Of a stretch of 64,000 nt of DNA, positions 28,681 to 38,002 are shown one piece after another; position 1 is the first letter of the stretch; every line of letters begins with the position of its first letter. The stretch is taken from positions 1,789 to 65,788 of the forward strand of contig JAVCCW010000006.1 in the NCBI GenBank assembly GCA_030765235.1. Reading direction: 5' to 3'. Position numbers and translations under genes: made by a program. Origin of the DNA: Candidatus Gorgyraea atricola. Its GTDB lineage: Bacteria > Omnitrophota > Gorgyraeia > Gorgyraeales > Gorgyraeaceae. Below the pieces are notes generated by a model. The model saw nothing but the letters and a program-made list of their open reading frames with translations, searched no databases and had not been told where the DNA came from.

Positions 28681-29329
28681 CTATACTCCTAAAGATCTCG
28701 ATAAGATCTTTTCTGTCTTTTCGAACCTGTACCGCGAGCCTTCCCTGTAAGGGGTGAGGCTGGATAATATTAAAAGGTATGATCTGACTAATTTTTTCCT
28801 CACAACCTAATCTAATTAATGCTGCATGGGCGATAATGATCGCGTCAAAATAACCTTTATCTAGCTGAGTCAACCTTTCATCTATATTGCCGCGTATGTC
28901 TAGTGTAGCTAAGTCCTTGCGGTAGTTTGATACTCCGAGTTTACGATTCTTGCTGCTTGCGCCTACTATTGAACCAGCTGGAAGTGTATCAAGAGTAAAA
29001 TTTTGCGTTGTTACAAGAGAGTCATATCCACTGATCGACTTTGTCATTGCAGCGATAACGAGATCTGAAGCAGGGTTCTCTTCCAGATCCTTTGCGCTGT
29101 GAATAGCTGCATCTATCTCTCTATTTAATAGACTCTCTTCTATTTCATAAGTGAAAAAATCTGTGTTTTCACGTAAACTAAGAGAGGTGACTTTATCCTT
29201 GTCCCCCTTTGTCTTAATGAGTGTGGAGTCAAATTTAATGCCAGGCAAAAGACGCTGGATTTCTTCAACCTGTTTTAACGCCAACAGGCTCGGCCGCGCC
29301 CCTATTTTGATACGAATAGACATCGTCAT
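28631..29329 (-). CDS. hemC: Hydroxymethylbilane synthase (short, lacks the C-terminal domain)
   Basis: GARPSLLAL.Q, T.GD, FT.EIE, HSAKD, IRGNIDER, QG.LAV. Confidence 0.88.
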   Translation of the reverse strand: MTMSIRIKIGARPSLLALKQVEEIQRLLPGIKFDSTLIKTKGDKDKVTSLSLRENTDFFTYEIEESLLNREIDAAIHSAKDLEENPASDLVIAAMTKSISGYDSLVTTQNFTLDTLPAGSIVGASSKNRKLGVSNYRKDLATLDIRGNIDERLTQLDKGYFDAIIIAHAALIRLGCEEKISQIIPFNIIQPHPLQGRLAVQVRKDRKDLIEIFRSIDEAETRQGIYCGSWAR

Positions 29330-30260
29330 TCTCCTTATAATGATCCTGCACTAATAACTCTGCCTTTTTAATGTAACTATTCAAACTCCTCTTATGTTGC
29401 TCAAAGACAATATTTAAATCGTCCAGATTCTGCAAGAAAATACCCGGGATATTCCCTACATCAGGCTCAATGTCCCTTGGCGCAGCCAGATCATATAGAT
29501 AAATGGGTTTATTGCGTTTCTTTACAATATTCAAAAAATGTTCTTTTTTCAATACATAATGCGGGCTTGAAGTAGCGCTTATTAGCACATCCGCGCTCAA
29601 GAGTAACTGCTCCAAATCATCTAATAAAATAGCCCGCCCTCCAGATTGATTTGCAAGTTGTCTTGCTTGTTTATGTTTTTTGCGCGCGACAAAATTTAAA
29701 TTGATTCCATCTGGTTTATTCTTTGAGAAGACCCGAGCGATTTTTCCTGTGCCTACTATAACTATCTCTTTCGGTTTGTCTAAATCCTTAAAAATAATTG
29801 TGGCAATATTAGCTTTGACTTCTTTCAGTCCTGATTTGATCCTTATAGTCTCTACTTTCCCTAAAATATCATTCCAGATTCTTCTCAATGCCAATGGGAA
29901 TGAAGCCTGCCTGATCCATGAGTTTAACTGCTCCAGTATCTCTTCTTCACCTATAACCTGCGACTCCAGGCCACATGCCAGACGCAATGCATGCTCAACC
30001 ACCTCTCTATCTCCAAACTTCACATAAGATCTTTCAGAGATCCATGGAAATCTTATCTGAAATGACTCTATTGTCTTTGCTGCAGAAAATATATCTAGAG
30101 ATGCGCCATATAGCTCTACCCTGTTACAGGTAAAAAGCGCAGCGCTGCTTCTTCCTGGCTTCTGCCAGAACTCTATTATCTCTTTGCGGGCCCTGTAGAT
30201 AGATTCCCGTAATGATAAAGGCGCCTCTTTATAACTTATTCCTATAAGATACAAAATCAT
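29265..30260 (-). CDS. hemA: Glutamyl-tRNA reductase (short, lacks the dimerization domain)
   Basis: TCNRVE, GLESQVIGE.EI..Q, SATSSPH, DLAAPRDIEP. Confidence 0.9.
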   Translation of the reverse strand: MILYLIGISYKEAPLSLRESIYRARKEIIEFWQKPGRSSAALFTCNRVELYGASLDIFSAAKTIESFQIRFPWISERSYVKFGDREVVEHALRLACGLESQVIGEEEILEQLNSWIRQASFPLALRRIWNDILGKVETIRIKSGLKEVKANIATIIFKDLDKPKEIVIVGTGKIARVFSKNKPDGINLNFVARKKHKQARQLANQSGGRAILLDDLEQLLLSADVLISATSSPHYVLKKEHFLNIVKKRNKPIYLYDLAAPRDIEPDVGNIPGIFLQNLDDLNIVFEQHKRSLNSYIKKAELLVQDHYKENDDVYSYQNRGAAEPVGVKTG

Positions 30261-30702
30261 CCCAATGCTCCTTTAAGAAATTCTTTAAATCCCTGGATAA
30301 GACTGGATCCTTACCATCTGTGTAGACTGCTATGATGGCTTTTTTAAATCTTAGGAGCGCAGGCGATATAAAATCGCTAATGTTTGAATCATCAACAACA
30401 TTAACCAATATCTGAAACTCCCGGCCCCACCGGCTTACCCTTTTATTCAAATCCCTATTATTTGTCGCGCTGACAACAAGTGCTGCATTTCTAATATCGC
30501 AGCGCTGCACAGGACGAGGAATCCATTTTATGTCTCTATTTTTTGCTAAACGCCTGATCGCTGGAGTTGCCTTTGGAGATATGACACGGACATCTCCACC
30601 TGCTTCCAGAAGCACCAATATCTTACGCTCTGCAACCTTGCCGCCTCCTATTACAACCACGCGGCGATCTTTAAGTTTTACTGCTATAGGTAAATAGTTC
30701 AT
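30229..30702 (-). CDS. Precorrin-2 dehydrogenase / sirohydrochlorin ferrochelatase (SirC/Met8-like)
   Basis: Start refined to MNYLP; VIGGGKVAERK, VNVVD..DF..P, T.GK.P. Confidence 0.88.
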   Translation of the reverse strand: MNYLPIAVKLKDRRVVVIGGGKVAERKILVLLEAGGDVRVISPKATPAIRRLAKNRDIKWIPRPVQRCDIRNAALVVSATNNRDLNKRVSRWGREFQILVNVVDDSNISDFISPALLRFKKAIIAVYTDGKDPVLSRDLKNFLKEHWDDFVSYRNKL

Positions 30703-31409
30703 GTATTTGCCTTTAGGGGTCTGGTGTGTATGCCGCATTCTCCGCCGCATTTACTTGTGCCTATCCAGCGGCCTGCGCGTTCATTGTCATCATTTGTGAT
30801 CCTTGTACATGGTGCGCATCCAAGAGATCTGTAGCCCTCACCATATAAAAGATTCACGCCTACGCCATAAAGGGCCAAATATTGCCAGACCTCACGTTCT
30901 TTCCATATAAGAATGGGGTTCAATTTTATTAATCCCTTATCGCGCTCTTCAACTTCTTTGAATTCAGTTCGCGTACGACCCTCTGTACAACGAAGTCCAG
31001 TTACCCAGCAGGTAACACCCATATCTTCAACTGCCCGCTTAACCGGTTCTACCTTTAATATATCGCAACATTTGTCTGGTTCTGTCTCATATAGCTTATT
31101 AGGAATCTCTGAATCATTCTTATACACCTTGAGTTCAGGGTATTTCTTCACTTCTTCCTTCATAAAATCAACTGTCTCTTTTGGCTTAAATCTAGTAGTT
31201 ACTATAAATCCTCTGATCTTCGGACTTACGCGTTTTGCAAGATGCCACACTGCAACAGAATCTTTGCCAAGACTATTCGCTAACACTAGACCATCGCCGT
31301 ATTTTTTATAAGCTTCATCTATAAGCTCTAGCGACCGGTCTACCTTTTGTTTAAAATTCAATGTCTCTACTAACACCTTCAAATCTTCGCGAGTTTCCAA
31401 TAAACTCAT
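30699..31409 (-). CDS. cysH: APS/PAPS reductase, [4Fe-4S] (APS) type
   Basis: S.GKDS, CC..K.EP, TGLR, GYRSLGCAPCT, RAGRW, ECGIH. Confidence 0.88.
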   Translation of the reverse strand: MSLLETREDLKVLVETLNFKQKVDRSLELIDEAYKKYGDGLVLANSLGKDSVAVWHLAKRVSPKIRGFIVTTRFKPKETVDFMKEEVKKYPELKVYKNDSEIPNKLYETEPDKCCDILKVEPVKRAVEDMGVTCWVTGLRCTEGRTRTEFKEVEERDKGLIKLNPILIWKEREVWQYLALYGVGVNLLYGEGYRSLGCAPCTRITNDDNERAGRWIGTSKCGGECGIHTRPLKANT

Positions 31410-31426
31410 AACTCCCCCCCCTTTGG

Positions 31427-31648
31427 TTAAATCTGATACTCGGGTGATTCCAACCTCCCGAATTTTACCCTGTTCCAGATTCGCTCATGTGCGTAATACA
31501 AAAAGATCTTTATAAGGTTTGCGCTTATCCCAACAACAAGAGACTCCTTTATATCCTTACTGTAGATATAAATAGCGATTACAGTTACTAAAAAAGCTAT
31601 TACGCGCCAGGTTATTGCCTTTGCAATAGATCTTTTTGGATGTTCCAT
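31427..31648 (-). CDS. DUF2061 small membrane protein
   Basis: RSIAKAITWR, YYAHERIW..V.FG. Confidence 0.88.
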   Translation of the reverse strand: MEHPKRSIAKAITWRVIAFLVTVIAIYIYSKDIKESLVVGISANLIKIFLYYAHERIWNRVKFGRLESPEYQI

Positions 31649-31668
31649 TCTGTCTCCTCATATACTAC

Positions 31669-31799
31669 TATTATAATCAAGTTAGTCGGGATTAGATTAA
31701 AAAAATAAGGGTGGAAACTACCTTGTCAAACCCTAATCCCTACTAACCTAATCATATTTGTAATAATTACAAGTATACCATATAATCCAATGGTGTCAA
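31669..31799 (-). promoter_or_regulatory. Promoter region of the sulfur/siroheme operon with two inverted operator-like sites
   Basis: TTGACA-16-TATACT near 31772-31799; GTTAGTCGGGATTAG (31681-95) vs CTAATCCCTACTAAC (31733-47). Confidence 0.55.
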
Positions 31800-31882
31800 G
31801 GGAAAAATTAAGAAAAGTTATAGCACTAGGGGCACCACGCCCCACTTATCTATCGAAGATTAAATTTTAACGACTAGGCAAT

Positions 31883-31908
31883 GTAGGGGACACTTAAGTG
31901 TCCCCTAC
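31883..31908. repeat. GTAG-type REP-like palindrome (second subfamily)
   Basis: Perfect 26-bp GTAGGGGACACTTAAGTGTCCCCTAC. Confidence 0.8.
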
Positions 31909-32018
31909 TGCTACTGCTCTCAAAGTAGAAAACAATAGCGTGAAACAATATTGGCGTGGTAAATAAACGACCGTTTATTTATTTTAGGATTTTGGGTAGG
32001 GTTGCTTAAATGGTTTCT

Positions 32019-32243
32019 TTACTGATTCTTTATTAATATAAGAATAAAAACTATTAACAAAACAACCACGAGGTAAAAAAGTTCTATTTGCAGGGGAGGT
32101 CTTTTAACCCATTTATGATAGGTAGGTCCCATACCTCGGTTAAGATATAATTTGCTACCACAAGATGGACAATTGATAGTTTTAGAATTACCTCCAAAAT
32201 TTGTCAAATCAGCCCCACAATGGCATAAGTTTTTCATTATCAT
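32019..32243 (-). CDS. Small zinc-ribbon protein with a C-terminal TM anchor
   Basis: CHCG...CPSCG, hydrophobic tail, SD GGAGG. Confidence 0.65.
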   Translation of the reverse strand: MIMKNLCHCGADLTNFGGNSKTINCPSCGSKLYLNRGMGPTYHKWVKRPPLQIELFYLVVVLLIVFILILIKNQ

Positions 32244-32271
32244 CTTTTAAATCCCTCCGCAAATAAAGGTT

Positions 32272-32451
32272 TCATTTCTTAAACCATTTTTTCCAAACAA
32301 CATAACAAAACAAAACAAGAAGCACTCTTCCAAATAGTTCTTTGTAAAAATAATAAAAATTCTCATCTGGAGCTACTTTCGCTGACAATGCCCAGCCAAT
32401 TATTATTAATACTCCTGCCGTTAAAACAATTATCAATTCTTTTTTACTCAA
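32272..32451 (-). CDS. Putative 59-aa two-TM protein (below ORF-track cutoff)
   Basis: TTG start: MSKKELIIVLTAGVLIIIGWALSAKVAPDENFYYFYKELFGRVLLVLFCYVVWKKWFKK. Confidence 0.55.
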   Translation of the reverse strand: MSKKELIIVLTAGVLIIIGWALSAKVAPDENFYYFYKELFGRVLLVLFCYVVWKKWFKK

Positions 32452-32699
32452 CCGTCACCCCAATTGACCTCTTCTTCTCCATAACATCTCCTTGCTTCTA
32501 CAAAGTATACACTATGCACTTCAAAGGTCAAATAGGATAAAATAATCCACTAAATAAACGAACGATTGTTTATTGTAGGGTTTTTATACTGGCTATATAC
32601 AAGAAGAATAAGGGGAGGATTGTTTACTGTAGCTAAGGATTCTTAGTTCACTCTATTGCTGTGTAAATCATACGGGTAATCTGGTCAAATCTAACCAGG

Positions 32700-32915
32700 T
32701 TAGAAACGGCTAAGAAACGGCTACCAAATCAAAGATTTGGAACGGGGCTCGCTGTAAACCGTAGCGGACCGCTAAAATCTCTCCAGTGCCGAAGGCCCCA
32801 GCCTGCCAGAAGAATTGAGATTGCTTCCCATTCCAAATCTCCGATTTGGAACGGGACACGGTCGCTTCGCTCGCAATGACAAGTAGGTTCTCGACTCGCT
32901 TTGCTCGCTCGAACA
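32700..32915. repeat. Mixed repeat cluster downstream of feoB
   Basis: AGAAACGGCTA twice; element copies at 32724-32748 and 32826-32856; GAGATTGCTT..TCGCAATGAC repeat; TCGACTCGCTTTGCTCGCTCGA. Confidence 0.7.
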
Positions 32916-32918
32916 GTA

Positions 32919-34628
32919 TTAGAGAATGATGTTGAGTAGGGTGCCTACGAGGAGGGCTACGGATAGCATGATTGTGGCGGATTTTAGCATGTCTTTTATG
33001 CCTAGTTCTTTGACAAGCATAACAAAGGTGGCGATGCAGGGAAAGTAGATTGCTAGCACTGTGGATCCGATTACAAGTTGCTTGGTCGTGAGGTTAAGTG
33101 GGCCGAGCATGCCTACTGCAACGTCTTTTCTTAAAAAGCCTACAATCAATGCAGAGATCGCTTCTTTTGGAAGGCCCCACAGGCCTGTAAGAATTGGCGC
33201 AAATAATCTGGAAACAAAATCTATTACATGAAGCGCGTACAGGATATTGACAAACAAGATCCCTAAGAGCACGTATGGTATTGCCTCTTTTAAAAAACCA
33301 GATACCCTCATCCAGAGTTTCTTAACTACAGCTATAGCCTGAGGTATTCTATATGGTGGGATTTCAACTAATATCTCAGGACTCGCGCCCTTTAACACCT
33401 TATTCATGATAAGGCCCTTTACAATCAAAAGTATAAAAAGTGTGCCAAAGACAATGCCCAGATACTGGCCGCCTCTTTCTCCTACTAGTCCTATGATCAT
33501 GGCGATCTGCGCCATGCATGGGATAGACACAGCCATGAGCGTTGCTGCAATGAATTTTTCACGCCTTCCTTCTAAGAGCCTGAGCGCCAATGCACCTGGC
33601 ACATTGCAGCCCATACCCAGCATCATCGGTACTATTGCAAATCCGTGAAGCCCGATATGATGCATGAGATTGTCGACCATAACTGCCAGACGAGGCAGAT
33701 ATCCAAAATCCTCAAGTATCCCCAAGATCAGATAGAAGCTGATTATATATGGCAACACCATTGCGATTGGCACAAATAGACCTGTAGTCAATACGCCAAA
33801 CGACATCTTAAAATCAATTGCGCCATCAATAAGATTCCCGACTAATACATTGTGTAAAAACGTATCCTGGCCCAGCAAACTGCCAAACTTAAGCATCAAT
33901 GGTGCCCATAGTTTTTCAAATAAAGGCTCGCACACAAAGGTTATAAGGCTCTCGCCAATAAAACGTATGGCCCAGAACGCGCCATAGATAATAGCCATAG
34001 CTATTGGAATACCTGATAGCGGTTTTATGCTAAGCTCTTCTAATCTCTGAAGGACTGTGTGATGATGATGTGTTATTTTCTGAACATCCTCGACAATCTC
34101 TCCTATCCTTTCCCATTTCTCAGAATCAGACAATGGCTTGAGCTTTAAAGGATATGCGTCTTTTAAACGTATAACCAGCTCCTTTATGCCCTCGCCAGTC
34201 AAACCGCATGTTGGAACAACAGGAACGCCCAGATGCTCCTCTAATCTTTTAACATCAATATCAATGCCCTGGTGTTTTGTTTCATCCCACATATTCAGCG
34301 CAATGACAGTGGGGATATTTTTTTCTAATATTTGGAGGGTTAGATACAGATTCCTCTCAAGATTTGTCGCATTTACTACATTTATTACTACATCACCCTG
34401 TTTCAGCATCTGACAGGCTACATCCTCTGCCTTACAGGTAGGCTCTAATGTATAGGTACCAGGCACATCTATAACAGAAGGGCGCTCGCTTCCTATCTTC
34501 ATCTGGCCCTGTGTAAATTCTACAGTAGTGCCCGGATAATTAGACACAGCGATCCTGGCTCCAGTAAGCCTGGAGAATATAGCACTCTTACCAACATTGG
34601 GATTGCCCATCAACAATACTTTTTTCAC
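32919..34628 (-). CDS. feoB: Ferrous iron transporter B
   Basis: GNPNVGKS, NYPGTTV, DVPGTY, NMWD, LEDFGYLPRLA, GMGCNVP, YFPCIAT. Confidence 0.95.
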   Translation of the reverse strand: MKKVLLMGNPNVGKSAIFSRLTGARIAVSNYPGTTVEFTQGQMKIGSERPSVIDVPGTYTLEPTCKAEDVACQMLKQGDVVINVVNATNLERNLYLTLQILEKNIPTVIALNMWDETKHQGIDIDVKRLEEHLGVPVVPTCGLTGEGIKELVIRLKDAYPLKLKPLSDSEKWERIGEIVEDVQKITHHHHTVLQRLEELSIKPLSGIPIAMAIIYGAFWAIRFIGESLITFVCEPLFEKLWAPLMLKFGSLLGQDTFLHNVLVGNLIDGAIDFKMSFGVLTTGLFVPIAMVLPYIISFYLILGILEDFGYLPRLAVMVDNLMHHIGLHGFAIVPMMLGMGCNVPGALALRLLEGRREKFIAATLMAVSIPCMAQIAMIIGLVGERGGQYLGIVFGTLFILLIVKGLIMNKVLKGASPEILVEIPPYRIPQAIAVVKKLWMRVSGFLKEAIPYVLLGILFVNILYALHVIDFVSRLFAPILTGLWGLPKEAISALIVGFLRKDVAVGMLGPLNLTTKQLVIGSTVLAIYFPCIATFVMLVKELGIKDMLKSATIMLSVALLVGTLLNIIL

Positions 34629-34861
34629 GATCTCTCAACCTCTACAAAAATCTTTTTTGCCATACCCCATCCAATGGCAACACGAACCTTATCTACTTCG
34701 ACAGTCTGCGGTCCGCGCCAGAAATGGGAACTGATCTTTTTTATTTTTTTGCCCTGCCTTATACCTATATTCTGGACCCTTTGAGAAAAATCAGAGCCCC
34801 CACGTAGTTCTTTTATGATGCCGCTCTCTCCGTTCTTCACCTGTGTCAAATCTATGATCAT
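34625..34861 (-). CDS. feoA: Ferrous iron transport protein A
   Basis: FeoA pattern, VAIGWGMAKKIFVE, directly upstream of feoB. Confidence 0.9.
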   Translation of the reverse strand: MIIDLTQVKNGESGIIKELRGGSDFSQRVQNIGIRQGKKIKKISSHFWRGPQTVEVDKVRVAIGWGMAKKIFVEVERS

Positions 34862-34863
34862 TC

Positions 34864-35757
34864 TTATGTTGCCTCCTTATATAACCTGCCCTGAAATGTA
34901 TCCTTTTGCTCTATGCCTCTAAGGACTTTTGATTTATCCAATATCCATAGAGGCGCGACCAATAGATCTCTTGGACAATCTGCGCTTATCCTCTGGATAA
35001 CTGTGCCTGGCCAAAGATGCTCCAGGAATTTTACTGCCAGATCAATGTATTCCTCTAACTCTAATACCTGGAATCTGCCGGCTTTATAAAGCTCTTCTAA
35101 CTTAGTGCTTTTAATTATATGTAACGGGTGGATCTTTATTCCATCTAATTTAAAGCTTGCGACTGAGCGCGCAGTCTCTATTATCATTCCTTCATCTTCA
35201 AATGGCAGTCCTATTATAACATGAGCGCATATCTTTATGTCTTTTTTCTTTCTTGTTAGATCTACTGCTTTAAGAAAATCTTCATATAAGTGTCCGCGAT
35301 TGATCAATCCCAGGGTTTTTTTATGGATAGTCTGAAGGCCATACTCTATCCATACCTCATAATCTTTTGTGTATGAATCTATCAAGTCTATTACATCTCT
35401 ATTAACACAGTCAGGCCTTGTGGCAATGGATATTCCGACGACATCTTCGAATTTTCTCGCGCTGTCATAAATTTGCTTCAGCTTATCCAGTGGCGCATAA
35501 GTATTTGTGTATGCCTGAAAATATACGATGAATTTTTTTGCATTAGCTCGCTTTATACCTTTAGCGATCTGCTCTTCGATCGATCCAAAGGATTTTCTTG
35601 TATTGGGACTAAAGCCTTCGTTATTACAATAGATACAGCCATTATCTGAAATTTTTCCGTCTCTATTCGGGCAGGAAAATCCAGCATCCACAGTGATCTT
35701 CTGTACTCTTTCTTTAAAGCCTTTATTTTTAAAATAGGTTGAAAATTTATAGTACAT
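34864..35757 (-). CDS. Radical SAM protein, YhcC/YtqA (TIGR01212-type)
   Basis: GFSCPNRDG....GCIYC, YFQAYTNTY, TRPDC, EYGLQT, INRGH. Confidence 0.92.
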   Translation of the reverse strand: MYYKFSTYFKNKGFKERVQKITVDAGFSCPNRDGKISDNGCIYCNNEGFSPNTRKSFGSIEEQIAKGIKRANAKKFIVYFQAYTNTYAPLDKLKQIYDSARKFEDVVGISIATRPDCVNRDVIDLIDSYTKDYEVWIEYGLQTIHKKTLGLINRGHLYEDFLKAVDLTRKKKDIKICAHVIIGLPFEDEGMIIETARSVASFKLDGIKIHPLHIIKSTKLEELYKAGRFQVLELEEYIDLAVKFLEHLWPGTVIQRISADCPRDLLVAPLWILDKSKVLRGIEQKDTFQGRLYKEAT

Positions 35758-36610
35758 TGCCTAAATGTATATTACGAAGGCCGGTAGCCTTGCCGATCTC
35801 TTCTGCCTTCTTCAGTGTTGCAATAGGTGTTGGTTCTGACTCGAGATAATTAAAATCCGGATGAAATCTCGATATATGCCAAGGGATGTTTGGATCTACG
35901 CCTGCGATAAACTCTGCTATATCTTTAAATTCGTCATCAGAATCGTTCTCGCCAGGGACAACAAGTGTTGTAATCTCGACCCAAATACCTGATCTTTTCA
36001 TTGTCTTTATAGAATTTAACACTGGCTCGAGATGTGCCCTGCATTTATCGCGATAAAAATCCTCCCTGAATGACTTAAGGTCTACATTGGCCGCGTCCAA
36101 ATAAGGCTTGATTGTCTCCAGGGCCTCTTCTGTCATGTAGCCGTTTGTTACAAAGATATTGGAAAGCCCTGCTTCTTTAGCAAGTCTTGCAGTATCATAC
36201 GCATATTCAAAGAATATAGTTGGCTCTGTGTATGTATAAGAGATGCTTTTGCATCCAGTCCTCTTTGTCTCCTTTACAACTTGTCCTGGTTCCAGCTCAT
36301 ACCCAGACATATCTCTTGCTTGCGATATCTGCCAGTTCTGGCAAAAAGGACATTTAAAATTACATCCTACTGTCGCTATTGAATAAGAAAACGTGCCTGG
36401 CAAAAAATGATAGATAGGCTTTTTCTCAATTGGATCAACATGCGAAGCAATAACATCTGCATAAACAAGTGTATATAACTTACCATCCTGGTTCTGTCTC
36501 ACGCCACAGATACCAAAATTACCATCTGTAATCGTACATCTGTGGCTACACAAACTGCAGCGCACCTTTCCCTCTCCCAACCTTTCATACAACATCGCTT
36601 CTCTTATCAT
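35747..36610 (-). CDS. AmmeMemoRadiSam-system radical SAM enzyme (partner genes not in window)
   Basis: DPIEKKP.YHF.PG, GCNFKCPFCQNWQIS, YTYTEP, HISRFHP. Confidence 0.9.
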   Translation of the reverse strand: MIREAMLYERLGEGKVRCSLCSHRCTITDGNFGICGVRQNQDGKLYTLVYADVIASHVDPIEKKPIYHFLPGTFSYSIATVGCNFKCPFCQNWQISQARDMSGYELEPGQVVKETKRTGCKSISYTYTEPTIFFEYAYDTARLAKEAGLSNIFVTNGYMTEEALETIKPYLDAANVDLKSFREDFYRDKCRAHLEPVLNSIKTMKRSGIWVEITTLVVPGENDSDDEFKDIAEFIAGVDPNIPWHISRFHPDFNYLESEPTPIATLKKAEEIGKATGLRNIHLGNVL

Positions 36611-37245
36611 ATTTTCTTTGCAGAAGGACAAAGTTTAGCCAATGGACACTCTGCACACAAAGGCCTCCTGGCATTACATATGGCCCTGCCATGGTCAACC
36701 ATCATATAATTAAAATCAAGCCAGTCTTTTTTTTGCACGATTTTTAAAAGATCTTGTTCTGTCTTGTTTGGATCAGTTGCCTTGCTCAATCCCAATCTCC
36801 CAGAAAGTCTCTTTACATGCGTATCAACAGCTATGCCCTCTGCCTTTTTAAAGCCGCTCGATAATACTATATTTGCTGTTTTACGCGCTACACCTGCTAA
36901 AGAAATAAGCCCGTCCATGCTATCCGGGACCATTCCATTGAAATCTTTAACTATTCTTTTCGAGGCAGCAATAATATTCTTTGCCTTATTCCTGTAAAAA
37001 CCTGTTGAGCGGATCTCTTTCTCTAAGGTAGACCTTTTTGCCTTTGCAAAACCCTGTACTGTCTTATATTTTTTGAAAAGCCCTGGCGTTATCTTATTGA
37101 CTCTTTCGTCAGTACACTGGGCAGAAAGGATTGTGGCTATTAAGATCTGAAAGGGTGTCTTGTGGTGTAGTGCAGTGTGGCTTCGAGGATAACTCTTATG
37201 CAATATCTTTATGATGTCTACTACTCTATCCTCGCTGGACTTCAT
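36607..37245 (-). CDS. nth: Endonuclease III
   Basis: ILSAQCTD, GVARKTAN, AVDTHV, C......C..C.....C. Confidence 0.95.
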   Translation of the reverse strand: MKSSEDRVVDIIKILHKSYPRSHTALHHKTPFQILIATILSAQCTDERVNKITPGLFKKYKTVQGFAKAKRSTLEKEIRSTGFYRNKAKNIIAASKRIVKDFNGMVPDSMDGLISLAGVARKTANIVLSSGFKKAEGIAVDTHVKRLSGRLGLSKATDPNKTEQDLLKIVQKKDWLDFNYMMVDHGRAICNARRPLCAECPLAKLCPSAKKI

Positions 37246-37252
37246 CCTACCT

Positions 37253-37984
37253 TTATGTCTTCTTTCTCAGTAACGCACCTAAAAAATTAACTCCCAGTAA
37301 GGCATAGAGCTCTGCCTCTAATAAAACTCCAAACTGATAGAACGCAAAGATAAATGTAGCAACACCTATACCGAATAGTATCTGTGAACTGCTCCTTACA
37401 GGTGTTGTCCTTGGCTCGATCATCATGACAAATATAAAGAAATAATTAAGATATGCTACTATATCTAGAAGAGACACGTTGTGAAGAAATGCCTGTGGGG
37501 CATGCAAGAAAAGCGAGGTAATAAAGAAACTCATGATTATGCTAAGCCTTTTTATCCTTGAGGCAAAATAGATACCTATCGGAACAAGGATATACCATGA
37601 GTACGCTGTCTTCCACTCTGTATACGCCCCAAAAAACAGCACCACTGTAAAGATCCCTAAGGCAGCAGGATTAAATATATGTACCTTGCGAAATCTAATA
37701 ACATGTTTAGAGACTATTGCAAATATGCTGGCCAGTGCTATAATCAGCCAGCTCCCTTGACTCGATAGAACATACCCGATGATCAAACCGGTCACGATCG
37801 AGCTTTCAGTTACTGTAATTTTTTTATTCTTCAGGTAGTTGATCAATGTATCCGTAGCCGCTGAAAATAAAACTGCTATAAAAATGGCAAAGAGAAATAG
37901 AAAATCTTTTTCTATAAAGGCAATGTATGCGGCAAATAATCCTAAAAAAAGGCTGAGCTGAACTTTTATCGATGTTAGTTTCAT
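37253..37984 (-). CDS. RnfD/NqrB-family membrane protein (short, stand-alone)
   Basis: S.IVTGLI, AIVSKH, HIFNPAALG, M.IEP.TTP. Confidence 0.7.
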   Translation of the reverse strand: MKLTSIKVQLSLFLGLFAAYIAFIEKDFLFLFAIFIAVLFSAATDTLINYLKNKKITVTESSIVTGLIIGYVLSSQGSWLIIALASIFAIVSKHVIRFRKVHIFNPAALGIFTVVLFFGAYTEWKTAYSWYILVPIGIYFASRIKRLSIIMSFFITSLFLHAPQAFLHNVSLLDIVAYLNYFFIFVMMIEPRTTPVRSSSQILFGIGVATFIFAFYQFGVLLEAELYALLGVNFLGALLRKKT

Positions 37985-38002
37985 AATAAATGATTCTCCT
38001 TT

